Shown here: piece after piece, positions 29,334 through 39,400 of the stretch
How the letters are laid out: the number at the start of each line of letters is the position of its first letter
Position numbering within the stretch: the stretch's first letter is position 1
Assembly (NCBI GenBank): GCA_044223005.1
Contig: JBGAML010000010.1
Coordinates: forward strand, 100,795-164,794
Source of the DNA: Candidatus Eiseniibacteriota bacterium
Lineage (GTDB): Bacteria > Eisenbacteria > RBG-16-71-46
Direction: 5' to 3'
DNA: 64,000 bases
Notes under the pieces: model-generated
Told to the model about the DNA's origin: nothing
Database searches by the model: none
What the model saw: only the letters and a program-made list of their open reading frames with translations
Program-made: the position numbers and the translations under genes

Positions 29334-30526
29334 TGCGCGGCCGACGCCTCCTCGCGCTGCTCGCGCTGGCCGTCCTCGCCGCGACGCCGCTCGTCGACGT
29401 GCGCGCGCAGGACAGCCTCGAGCTCGCCAAGAAGAAGGAGCTCGAGGACATCCGGCGCCTGGCGAACGAGAAGCGCCAGGCGGCCGCGGCGCTCAAACCG
29501 CGGGAGACGCGCGCGATCGGCGAGCTGCGGCGCACCGAGCGCGAGCTCTCGCTCACGCGGCGGCGGCTCGCGAACCTGCAGTCGCGCCAGCGGGTGCTGG
29601 GCGCGCAGCTCGAGGTGACCAAGGCCAACCTCGAGCGCAGCATCGCCACGCTCAACGCGCAGCGCGCCAAGCTGCGCGCGCGGCTGCGCCGCATGTACGA
29701 GTACGGGCCGGCGCGCGAGCTCGAATACCTGCTCTCGGGCCAGTCGTTCGCGCAGCTCATGGCGCGATGGGACTTCCTCAACATGGTCGCCCAGCAGGAC
29801 CGCGTGCTGCTCGACACGGTGCGCGAGCAGAAGCAGCAGGTCGAGGAGAACCAGCAGGAACTGATGGGCACGCTGCAGGACGTGCGGCAGACCGAGCGCA
29901 AGACGGTGAGGACCAAGACGGACCTGACGTCGCTGGCGACGCAGAAGGCGAAGACGGTCGCCGGCATCCAGTCGCAGCGGCAGGCGTACGAGGCGGCCGC
30001 CGCCGAGCTCGAGCGCACCGCGCGCCGCATCCAGTCGCTGCTCGCGCAGCTCGAGCGCAAGCGCAAGGAAGAGGGCGACCGCGCGCGCAGCGAAGGCCGC
30101 AATCCGCAGCCCTACAGCGGCGACTTCGCGCGCGGCCAGGGCCAGCTCGACTGGCCCGTGCGCGGCGACATGGTCGGCCACTTCGGGATCGAGACGCACC
30201 CGCGCTTCGGCACTCAGATCCACAACGACGGCGTCGACATCGCCGCACCCATCGGCACGTCCGTGCGCGCGGTCGCCAAGGGCCGCGTCGACTTCGCGAA
30301 CGACGACTACGAAGGCATGGGCGGCATGATCGTGCTCAACCACGGCGACGGCTACTACACGCTCTACGGGCACCTGAACGACGTGCTCGTGAAGAACGGG
30401 CAGGAGGTGCTGCCCGGCGCGGTCATCGGCCGCGTGGGCGACATCGGCTCGCTGAAGGGCCCGATCCTGCACTTCGAAGTCCGCAAGGGCTCCGCGCCGC
30501 TCGACCCGGAGAGCTGGCTGCGCTGA
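29333..30526 (+). CDS. envC: EnvC-like coiled-coil M23 murein hydrolase activator
   Basis: Signal peptide, long coiled coil, WPVRG, NDGVDI, YGHL, LHFEVR; follows ftsEX. Confidence 0.88.
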   Translation: MRGRRLLALLALAVLAATPLVDVRAQDSLELAKKKELEDIRRLANEKRQAAAALKPRETRAIGELRRTERELSLTRRRLANLQSRQRVLGAQLEVTKANLERSIATLNAQRAKLRARLRRMYEYGPARELEYLLSGQSFAQLMARWDFLNMVAQQDRVLLDTVREQKQQVEENQQELMGTLQDVRQTERKTVRTKTDLTSLATQKAKTVAGIQSQRQAYEAAAAELERTARRIQSLLAQLERKRKEEGDRARSEGRNPQPYSGDFARGQGQLDWPVRGDMVGHFGIETHPRFGTQIHNDGVDIAAPIGTSVRAVAKGRVDFANDDYEGMGGMIVLNHGDGYYTLYGHLNDVLVKNGQEVLPGAVIGRVGDIGSLKGPILHFEVRKGSAPLDPESWLR

Positions 30527-30669
30527 CCGGCGCGGGCCCGCGACGACCCGGCCCCGTTCGCCGGCGGGCACCGCCTGCGGCCCCGCGGGCACTCGACCGC
30601 ACGGCGGCCCGTCCGGGTGCTACGCTGGACGCACTTCCCCCGACGAAATCCGCACCCCGGGAGGAATCC

Positions 30670-31587
30670 ATGCGTGTTGCTTCCGCGCTGCTCGCGCTCG
30701 CGCTCGTCGCGGCGCTCCCCGCGCCGGCGAGCGCCTCCGGCTTCGTGATGGACGGCCAGCTCGACGCGGCCTACGGCGTCCCACGGGCGACGCAGACACT
30801 GCTCACGTCCCACGGCGACGCCACGACCGGCCTGCCCGTGTACTCGAACGGCGGCGAGCTCGACGGCGCATGGGCCGTATTCGACGGCGACTCGTTGCGC
30901 CTGTTCTTCTCGGGCAACTTCATGTGCCAGGGCAACCCGAGCGATCCGGGCACGTTCTACCACGTGCTCGACGTCTTCCTCGACACCGGATCGGGCGGCA
31001 TGACCTCCATCGACACCGAGGCGCCCGGTCCACTCCATGGTCTCAACGGTTTCACGTTCGACGCCGGCTTCACCCCCGCGTGGGCGCTCCTGCTCCGCCC
31101 GCACCTGCAGGACGCCTACCAGCCCGCGAGCGCGGGGTTCCTCGCCGGCGAGTTCGTCGAGCTGCACCCCGGCGGCTCGCACGACGTCCCGCTGGGCCTG
31201 GCGCCCTCACCGGGCCCGGGCGTATTCGACGACAATTACGGCACCGGCATCCGCGGGACGATCGACAACCGGAACACCGCGGGCGTGGGCGCCGGCTGCG
31301 GCGCGAGCTCCGGGGCCGGTGCGACGACGGGCATCGAACTCGTGGTGCCGCTGGCGCGGATCGGCTCGCCGACCGACTGCATCCGCGTCAGCGCCGTGCT
31401 CACGTACGAATCCGTGGAGAGCACGAACCAGGTACTGCCGCCGCTGCCGGACGGACTCTGTCCGGTCTACACCGCGAACTTGCGCGACTTTCCGAGCCTC
31501 GCGGGCGATCAGTACTTCACGGTGTGCCCGGGCGGCACGCCCGTGCGCCGAACCACGTGGGGTGGGCTCAAGTCGATCTATCGTTGA
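30670..31587 (+). CDS. Secreted hypothetical protein with C-terminal TTWGGLKSIYR tail
   Basis: ATG 30670 after GAGGA; signal peptide; C-terminal part of ORF 29767..31587. Confidence 0.82.
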   Translation: MRVASALLALALVAALPAPASASGFVMDGQLDAAYGVPRATQTLLTSHGDATTGLPVYSNGGELDGAWAVFDGDSLRLFFSGNFMCQGNPSDPGTFYHVLDVFLDTGSGGMTSIDTEAPGPLHGLNGFTFDAGFTPAWALLLRPHLQDAYQPASAGFLAGEFVELHPGGSHDVPLGLAPSPGPGVFDDNYGTGIRGTIDNRNTAGVGAGCGASSGAGATTGIELVVPLARIGSPTDCIRVSAVLTYESVESTNQVLPPLPDGLCPVYTANLRDFPSLAGDQYFTVCPGGTPVRRTTWGGLKSIYR

Positions 31588-31634
31588 CGCCGCCGCACCG
31601 GAATCCCGCGGCGACGTCGGAGCTCCCACGCGAA

Positions 31635-31660
31635 GGGCGGGCCGCCGGCCCGCCCGTTTC
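31635..31660 (+). terminator. Probable intrinsic terminator
   Basis: GGGCGGGCC-gcc-GGCCCGCCC followed by GTTTC. Confidence 0.5.
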
Positions 31661-31681
31661 GCAATCCTGGAGGAGAGTTCC

Positions 31682-32080
31682 ATGAAGACCGTCGGCGATT
31701 ACGCGCTCGAAGTCACCACGTCCCGTTCGTACGACGACGCGATCGCGCGCGTCACCGAACTGCTCGCACAGCAGGGATTCGGCGTGCTCACCGAGATCGA
31801 CGTCCGCGCCACGCTCGCGAAGAAGCTCGGCGTCGAGACGCGTCCCTACAGGATCCTCGGCGCCTGCAATCCGCCGTTCGCCCAGCGCGCGCTGGACGCC
31901 GTGCCGCACGTGGGCGTGTTGCTGCCCTGCAACGTGGTGGTGTGGGACGCGGGCGACCATCGCGTGGTGGCCGCGATGGAGCCGAAGCTGATGGCGCAGG
32001 TGGTCGGCGACGCGGCGCTCGCACAGGTCGCCGACGAGGTCAGCGCGCGCATCCACGCGGTGCTCGCCGCGATCGACTGA
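31682..32080 (+). CDS. DUF302 domain protein
   Basis: GFGVLTEIDV..TL.KKLG, Y.ILGACNP, LLPCNVVV; RBS GGAGGA. Confidence 0.93.
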   Translation: MKTVGDYALEVTTSRSYDDAIARVTELLAQQGFGVLTEIDVRATLAKKLGVETRPYRILGACNPPFAQRALDAVPHVGVLLPCNVVVWDAGDHRVVAAMEPKLMAQVVGDAALAQVADEVSARIHAVLAAID

Positions 32081-32153
32081 GCCGCGGCCGGAGACGACGA
32101 GAGCCCCAGGCCTGCGAGAACCCGGGGCTCCGTTGGTTCACCCACCGCGGCGC

Positions 32154-32612
32154 TCAGGCCGGCGGGCGACGATGGAAGTTCGTCCACGCCGGCGTGCCGC
32201 TGGCGTCGCGAACCTTGAGGAACTTGCCGGCCTTCTCGATGCGCGAGGCGAAGATCGCAGTCGCGTTCTCGAACGGAACCAGGGCGCCGGTGATCACGAC
32301 GGCGTCGCCGGCGGCGAGCTGGATCGCCTGCGCGTCCGCCCAGTACGACGGGCCGACGTGCACCCACAGCGAATCCTTGCCCGTCACGACGAGCGCGCGC
32401 ACGCCCTCGGCCATGCCGGGCTGAGGCACGAAGTGCTCGACGCGGACGACGGTGGACGGTGCATAGACTTCGCGATTGGCGTCGTAGAGCTTGTCGTACG
32501 CGCCACCGCGGCTCCAGCCTTCGAGGCCGGGATCGGCCGGCGCGGCCCACGCCATCGCGGCGAAGAGGGCGCTCGCGGCGACCACCCACGCGATGCGGCT
32601 CCGGATCTTCAT
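32154..32612 (-). CDS. Secreted OB-fold-like protein (resembles MamS/MamX-domain proteins)
   Basis: Signal peptide; VHVGPSYW, GDAVVITG, VRDASGTPAW; RBS AGGAGG. Confidence 0.7.
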   Translation of the reverse strand: MKIRSRIAWVVAASALFAAMAWAAPADPGLEGWSRGGAYDKLYDANREVYAPSTVVRVEHFVPQPGMAEGVRALVVTGKDSLWVHVGPSYWADAQAIQLAAGDAVVITGALVPFENATAIFASRIEKAGKFLKVRDASGTPAWTNFHRRPPA

Positions 32613-32674
32613 GGCGAACCTCCTGAACGAATCTCGACACGGGCGGATCGCCCGCGCCTGCACGCGGGGGAAGT

Positions 32675-32691
32675 TGCATCGGGCGCGCCAG
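32675..32691 (-). promoter_or_regulatory. Sigma54 -24/-12 promoter candidate
   Basis: Minus strand CTGGCGCGCCCGATGCA with GG-N10-GC spacing, about 60 nt upstream of ATG 32612. Confidence 0.55.
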
Positions 32692-32973
32692 CACGAAGCG
32701 ACGACAACGTCCGCGAATCGTTCACGACCGCCCGTGGGGCGCCGCGAGATACGGCGACGCGGCGCGATCGCCCGTCGGGGAAACCGACACCGGCCCGCGC
32801 GGCCTGACTGCCACGATGCGCTCCGGCTGCCACGCTGACAGCGCGGGGAGCCGCGGCGGGAGCGGCCGCGACGCGTGCCGTGGCCGGCGCGCGCGTGGCC
32901 CGTCCCTCTGGTAGCTTGGGGGCGGCACCCGCCTCCCGCACGGTCCTTCCCGCACCCCGGAGCCACTTCCACC

Positions 32974-34191
32974 ATGCCCGTCGTCCCGCTCGCCGGCCTG
33001 CTCGGCCAGCCCGAGGTTTCGGCCTTCCTGCGCGGCATCATCTCGCGCGGACGCTACGGGAACGCGTACCTCTTCCACGGACCCGCGGGCGTCGGCAAGG
33101 GCACGGCGGCGATCGCGTTCGCGCGCGCCGCGCTCTGCGACCGCGTGCCGGGCGCAGCCGCGTTCGCGCCGCGGCCCGGTGAGCCGTCTCTCTTCGGCGA
33201 CGCACCGCCGCCGGCGCCGAGCACCGGCGACGACGCGTGCGGCGAGTGCCCGGCGTGCGGGCGCACCGCGCAGTTGATGCACCCGGATCTCAAGTTCCTC
33301 TTCCCGCTCTCGGGCGAAGAGAAGGAACTCGAGGGCCACATCGCCGAGACGCTCGAGGCGTGGCGCAGCGATCCGCTCTACGCGTTCCAATACGACCGTG
33401 CCGCGTCGGTGCGCATCTCGCAGACGCGCGACCTGCAACGCGAGCTCGCGTACCGGCCCTACGAGGCGTCGCGCCGCGTCGTGGTGATCCGCGACTGCGA
33501 CCGCATGCGCGAGGACCAGTACTCCACGCTGCTCAAGTCGCTCGAGGAGCCGGCGCCGACCACGATGTGGGTGCTCACGACGGCACGGCTCGCGCGAGTG
33601 CCCGCCACGATCCGCTCGCGCTGCCAGAAGGTCGCATTCGCGCCGCTCCCCGAGACGCTGCTGCGCGACGTGCTCGTCGACACGGGGGGAGTCGACGACG
33701 ACGAAGCCCGCATGCTCGCCGCGCTCTCGGGCGGCTCGCTGGCGCGCGCGCTCACGCTCCGCGGCACCAACGCGCGCGAGCAGCGCGACGCGGCGCTCGC
33801 GCTCCTCGAGCCGGCGCTGCGCGGCGACGTCGCGGGGCTGTGGTCGCGCGTCACCGCCGTGAGCCGCGGCGCGAGCAAGCAGCGCGAGGCGCTGCGGCGC
33901 ACGCTGGAGTTCCACATGCTCTGGCTGCGCGACCTGCTGCGCGCCCGCTACGGCATGCCGCGCGAGGCCCTGGTCAACCGCGACCGCGACAAGGTGATTC
34001 TCGAGCAGGCCGCGCGGCTCGACGCGACCGAGATCCGGCGCCGGCTGCTGGTGATCGAGGAGGCCCTGCGGGCCATCGACGGCAACGTGTCCGTGGACCT
34101 CACGCTCGCCTCGGCCATGATGCGCGTGGCGGGCTCGCGGGTGGGCGAAGGCGCCTGGCCGCCCCACGCGACGGCCCGCTGGGACGCCTGA
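32974..34191 (+). CDS. holB: DNA polymerase III subunit delta-prime
   Basis: AYLFHGPAGVGK, CGECPAC zinc motif, HPDL, LLKSLEEP, TIRSRC. Confidence 0.92.
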   Translation: MPVVPLAGLLGQPEVSAFLRGIISRGRYGNAYLFHGPAGVGKGTAAIAFARAALCDRVPGAAAFAPRPGEPSLFGDAPPPAPSTGDDACGECPACGRTAQLMHPDLKFLFPLSGEEKELEGHIAETLEAWRSDPLYAFQYDRAASVRISQTRDLQRELAYRPYEASRRVVVIRDCDRMREDQYSTLLKSLEEPAPTTMWVLTTARLARVPATIRSRCQKVAFAPLPETLLRDVLVDTGGVDDDEARMLAALSGGSLARALTLRGTNAREQRDAALALLEPALRGDVAGLWSRVTAVSRGASKQREALRRTLEFHMLWLRDLLRARYGMPREALVNRDRDKVILEQAARLDATEIRRRLLVIEEALRAIDGNVSVDLTLASAMMRVAGSRVGEGAWPPHATARWDA

Positions 34192-34358
34192 AACCAGCGC
34201 TGCGCACCCGGGGCGGGCTGGGGTATCGTCTGGGGCATCCGAGCCCTCCGGGGCCTGCCCGATAGCCGCCGCTCATCGCGGCGCGCACCCCTCGACACGT
34301 ACTCCGCCGCCGGTCCGTCCGGCGTTCGCGTGGTGCCGCCCACGCCATAAGGCTGGTC

Positions 34359-35237
34359 ATGTCCGACATCGTCCAGGTCGCCCTGCGCGGCTCGCGCCGG
34401 GATTTCTACCTGAACTCCCGCCATCTCTGGTTGCGCCTGCGCGACCCGGTGATCGTGCAGGGTGAGCACGGCGAGACGTTCGGCACCGTGCTGCTGACCG
34501 ATCCCACGCTGATCGCCCTCAAGAAACCGGGCAACGTGACCTCCGAGGTGATCCGCAAGGCGACCGAGGAGGACCTCGACCAGTCCGACCGGAACGCGAA
34601 GCTCGAGGACGAGGCGTTCGAGTACTGCCGCGGCCGGATCGAGTTCCGCGACCTGTCCATGGAACTCTCCGAGGTCGAAGTCGCGTTCCGCCGCAACCGG
34701 ATCACGTTCTTCTTCACGGCCGAGCACCGCGTCGATTTCCGCGAGCTGGTGAAGGACCTCGCGTCGCGCTTCCAGACGCGCATCGAACTGCGCCAGATCG
34801 GCGTGCGCGACCAGGCCAAGCGGCTCGACGGCTGCGGGCCCTGCGGCCGCGCGTTCTGCTGCTCGACCTGGATGAAGAGTTTCCATCCGGTGACGCTCAA
34901 GATGGCGCGCGAGCAGCAGCTCTCGCTCAACCCGACCAAGATCTCCGGCGCGTGCGGCCGGCTCATGTGCTGCCTCTCGTACGAGCTCGCGCAGTACCGC
35001 GACAGCGTGAAGCGGCTGCCGCCCGTGGGGACGAAGCTCAAGACGGGCAAGGGCGTGATGACCGTGATCCGCACCGAGTCATACCGCGAGGCGGTGTGGG
35101 TGCGCGACGACGAAGGCGGCGAGCACCGCATCGCCTACGACGACATGCCCCCGGGCCCGTACCACCAGTGCGGCGACTGCAACTGCGGCAAGAAGGACCC
35201 GCCCGCGACGCCCGGGGACCCGCCCGCCACCGACTGA
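34359..35237 (+). CDS. ricT: PSP1 domain protein (RicT/YaaT)
   Basis: RVDFRELVKDLA, RIELRQIGVRD, GPCGR..CC, KISGACGRLMCCL.YE; follows holB. Confidence 0.92.
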   Translation: MSDIVQVALRGSRRDFYLNSRHLWLRLRDPVIVQGEHGETFGTVLLTDPTLIALKKPGNVTSEVIRKATEEDLDQSDRNAKLEDEAFEYCRGRIEFRDLSMELSEVEVAFRRNRITFFFTAEHRVDFRELVKDLASRFQTRIELRQIGVRDQAKRLDGCGPCGRAFCCSTWMKSFHPVTLKMAREQQLSLNPTKISGACGRLMCCLSYELAQYRDSVKRLPPVGTKLKTGKGVMTVIRTESYREAVWVRDDEGGEHRIAYDDMPPGPYHQCGDCNCGKKDPPATPGDPPATD

Positions 35238-35374
35238 GCCCGCGCCGCGTGCGGCGCGGCGCGAACGGCACGCAACCGCCGCATGCGCGGGGTATTGAGT
35301 CCGCGCGTGCGCACGAGCGGCGCGCCCGCCCCACCGGACGCCGCGGATTAAATGCGCGAACCTCGCGAGTTGCC

Positions 35375-35400
35375 TCAAGTCGGGCTGCTCCGGGCCCGAT
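35375..35400 (+). promoter_or_regulatory. Sigma28-like promoter candidate
   Basis: TCAAG-N16-CCGAT. Confidence 0.4.
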
Positions 35401-35456
35401 CTTCCCCGCAGGCCCCCCTGGCTCGGCTCGGTACCTCCACAGGACTCGAGGTCGTC

Positions 35457-36488
35457 TTGCCTTACCCACCGCTCCCACGCGCGGGTGGGCCGCGTGCGCC
35501 GTCGCTCCCGGGGCCGTTCGCACGCCGCCTCGTCGCGATCGTGCTGGCCGTGTCGTTCGCGACCGGCCCGGTCGCGTGCGCACGCCACGGGAGCACGCCG
35601 CTGCGAATCGGCATGAACGCCGAACCCGGCTACGAGTTCGCCTACCTCGCGCAGGTGCGCGGCATGTTCGAGCGCGAGGGCGTGAAGGTCGAACTCGTCC
35701 AGTTCTCGGACATGAGCGACTCGCGTCGCGCATTCGAGCGCGGGCAGGTGGACGGCTTCTTCGGCACCGTGTTCGAGGTGCTGCAGGCGCGCGCCGACGG
35801 CGATCGCTCGCCGCGCATCGTGCGGATCGTCGACCGCTCGCTCGGTTTCGACGTCGTGCTCGCACGGCCGTCGCATCCGCGAATCGACTCGCTGCGCGGG
35901 CGGCGCATCGCGGTGGAGCCGGGCTCGCTCAACACCTACCTGCTCGCCCGCGCGCTCGAGCGCCACGGCATGGGCCTCGGCGATGTGACGCTCGTGGGCA
36001 TGCCGCCGGCGGAGATGCCTGCCGCGCTGCGTGCGGGTGGCGTCGACGCGGTGGTGACGTATCCCCCCGTAGCGACCAGCATCCAGCGCGAGGGTCTCGC
36101 GCGGCCCGTGTTCAGCAGCGCCGAGATCCCGAGCGAGATCGTCGACCTCCTCGCCGTGGACGAGAGCGTGCTGCGGTCCCGGTCGCGCGACGTCGCCGCG
36201 TTCCTGCGTGCCTACGACGCCGCGGTCGCGTGGATGACCGCGCACTCCGACGAGGCCTGCGCGATCATGGCCGCGCGCGAGGGCCTGACGAAGGAGGAGT
36301 TCCGCGGCTCGCTGTCGCAGGGGCTCGAACTCGTCTCGGCCTCGTCACAGCAGGGCTACTTCGTGCCGGGTGGCCTGCTCGACCACGTCGTGCGCGCCAC
36401 GTCGGGCGTCCTGCTCGCGACAGGGCGCATCTCGACGCCGATCGAACCCGAGGACGTGCTGCCTTCCGCGGAGACGAAGGCCCCGTGA
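35457..36488 (+). CDS. NMT1/SsuA-like ABC substrate-binding (lipo)protein
   Basis: PGYEFAYLAQ..G.F..EG, DRSLGFD, SLRGRRIAVE, DAVVTYPP; start uncertain (TTG 35457 after GAGG; ORF opens at 35352). Confidence 0.82.
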   Translation: MPYPPLPRAGGPRAPSLPGPFARRLVAIVLAVSFATGPVACARHGSTPLRIGMNAEPGYEFAYLAQVRGMFEREGVKVELVQFSDMSDSRRAFERGQVDGFFGTVFEVLQARADGDRSPRIVRIVDRSLGFDVVLARPSHPRIDSLRGRRIAVEPGSLNTYLLARALERHGMGLGDVTLVGMPPAEMPAALRAGGVDAVVTYPPVATSIQREGLARPVFSSAEIPSEIVDLLAVDESVLRSRSRDVAAFLRAYDAAVAWMTAHSDEACAIMAAREGLTKEEFRGSLSQGLELVSASSQQGYFVPGGLLDHVVRATSGVLLATGRISTPIEPEDVLPSAETKAP

Positions 36489-39400
36489 GTGCCCCGCGCC
36501 TGCGCACCCTGCGCGACACGATGCGCGCTCCGGCGGCGGCCACCGCGTTGCTGCTCGCCGCGGGCATGCTCTTCGGCATGGACCAGCTGATCGTGCGCCT
36601 CGCGCACGAACGGATCCTCGCGCGCAGCCGCTCGGTCGCCAACCTCGCCGCGAGCCTCGTGGAGCTCGAGGGCGTCGACGGCCACCTCGCGCGCGTGGTC
36701 CAGACGATCGGCGCGGAATCGCAGGTGGCGGAGCTCGTCGTGGTCGCCGGCGACCCACCCCGGGTCGTCGCGTCGAGCCGCAACGAGTGGACGGGGCATC
36801 CCGTCGCGGTGATCCGGCCCATCGCGCTCGGCCAGATGATCACCTCGACGCTGCAGTCGCGGCGCGAGCGCTACGTACCGAACCGCCGCGAGGGCCGCGT
36901 ACTCGGCGCGGTCCCGATCGCCTACGAAGACTCGGGCGCATTCCGCCGCGGCGCCGTGGCCGTGGTGATCGACGGCCGCGTGATCCTCGCGCAGATGCGC
37001 CCATGGCGGCTCGGCATCGCGATCGCGGTCGTCCTCATGCTGCTCGCCCAGGCCGCCGCCGCCGAGCTCCTGCTGCGCCGGTACGTGCTTCGCCCCGTCG
37101 CCGCGATCGCGAGCGCGGCGCGCCGCCGCCGCGACGGCGAACGCGCACCGAGCACATCCGTCTACGCCGACGACGAACTCGGGCGGCTCGCCGCGGCGCT
37201 CGACGACGCCTACGCGCTCGAGCAGGCCGCCCGCCGCGAGCTCGAACACCAGCAGTTCGCGCTCGACCAGGCGGCCATGGTGGCCGTGACCGACGTGCAG
37301 GCGAACCTCGTGTACGTCAACGACACCTTCTGCAAGCTGTCGGGCTATGCTCGCGAGCAGCTGCTCGGCGAAAACCCGCGACTGCTCAACTCCGGATTCC
37401 ATCCCCCCGAGTTCTTCCAGGAGATGCACGACCGCATCCGCAACGGCGGCGTGTGGCGCGGCGAGATCCGGAATCGCGCCCGCGACGGCTCGTTCTACTG
37501 GGTGCACTCCACGATCATCCCCTCGCCCGGCGAGGACGGAAAGCCCGTCCGCTTCACGGCGGTGCTGTTCGACATCACCGCGCTCAAGTCCGCGCAGCAG
37601 GCGCTGCACCGCAACGAGGCGCTGACTCGCCAGGTGCTCGAGGGCGCGCTCGACGCCGTGATCACGATGGACACCGGCGGGCGCATCACCGGCTGGAATC
37701 CCCAGGCCGAGGCCACGTTCGGCTGGCGCGCCACCGAGGTGATCGGCCGCTCGCTCGCCGAGACCCTGATCCCGGTGCAGTTCCGCGCCGCGCACGCGCG
37801 GGGGCTCGAGCGCTTCCTGCAGACACGGCAGAAGAACATCATCGACCAGCGCGTCGAGCTGCCGGCGTTGCACCGTGACGGCACCGAGTTCCCGGTCGAA
37901 ATGAGCATCTCGGCGGTTCACGTGGACACGTCGGTGATGTTCAGCGCTTTCGTGCGCGACATCCGCGACCGCCGGCAGGCGGAAGCCGAGATCATCCGCG
38001 GGCGGGAGGCCGCTCAGGCCGCGAGCCGTGCGAAGAGCGACTTCCTCGCCACGATGAGCCACGAGATCCGTACGCCCATGAACGGCGTGATCGGCTTCAC
38101 CGACCTGCTGCTCGGCACGGCGCTCGACCAGAACCAGCGCGAGTACGCCGAAATGATCCGCGGCTCGGGCGAGGCGATGCTCGCCCTCATCAACGACATC
38201 CTCGACTTCTCCAAGATCGAGGCCGGACGGCTCGACGTGGACCGGTTGCCGTTCGACGCGCGCGCCGCCGCGGGCGAGGTGCTCGAGTTGCTGGCCGCGC
38301 GTGCCGGCGCGCAGGGCATCGAACTGGTCTTCGACTGGCCGGCGGAGGCTCCGCGGACGCTGACGGGCGATCCGATGCGCTTCCGCCAGGTGCTCATGAA
38401 CCTCGCGGGCAACGCGATCAAGTTCACCGAGCACGGCTCGGTGGTCGTGCGCGTCACGGCGGCGCCGGACGGCCAGGTGCGGATCGCCGTGCAGGACACG
38501 GGCATCGGCATCGAGAGCGACAAGCTCGTCACGCTCTTCCGCAAATTCACGCAGGCGGATTCGTCCACGACCCGCCGCTTCGGCGGCACCGGGCTCGGCC
38601 TGGCGATCAGCAAGCAGCTCGTCGAGCTGATGGGCGGCGCGATCGGCGCGGAAAGCCGCCTGGGCGAGGGCTCGACGTTCTGGTTCACGCTTCCGGTCGC
38701 GAAGGAGGCCGGCGACGAGCGCGAGCCACAGAGCCACGACTCCGCGGCGATCGATGGCCTGCGCGTGCTGGTGGTGGACGACTTCGCGCCCAACCGCACG
38801 ATCCTCGCCGAACTCCTCGGCCGCGCCGGAGCCGAGGTCGGCACGGCCGAGGACGGCAGCGCCGCGCTCGAATCGATGCGCGCCGCCGTGCGCGCGGGGC
38901 GCCCCTTCGGAGCGGCCTTGATCGACCTGAGCCTGCCCGGGCTCGACGCCGACGCACTCCGCAGCGCGGTCGCCGCGGATCCGGGGCTCGGCTCGCCCGC
39001 ACTGTTCCTGCTCTCCGGCAGCTCCTCGCGCGGCGAGGCGGCCGAACTGCGCGAGCGCGGGTTCGCGGACGTGCTGCTCAAGCCGCTCGTGCGTCCCGAA
39101 CTGCTGCTGCAGGCGATCGCGCGCGCCGTCGCCTGCCCGGTGGCGCGCCCCGAAGCGGCGCCGCCGTCGCCCGCGCCCGACCCGCCCGAATCCCCGGCCC
39201 GCCGGCGCCGCGTGCTGCTCGCGGAGGACCAGCCCGTGAACCAGAAGCTCGCCCTGCGGGTGCTCGAGCGCCTCGGCTGCCGGGTGGACGTGGCCAACAA
39301 CGGCGTCGAGGCCTGCGAGCGGAGCCAGCGCGGCGACTACGACATCGTGTTCATGGACTGCCACATGCCCGTGATGGACGGCTTCGAAGCCACGCTCGCG

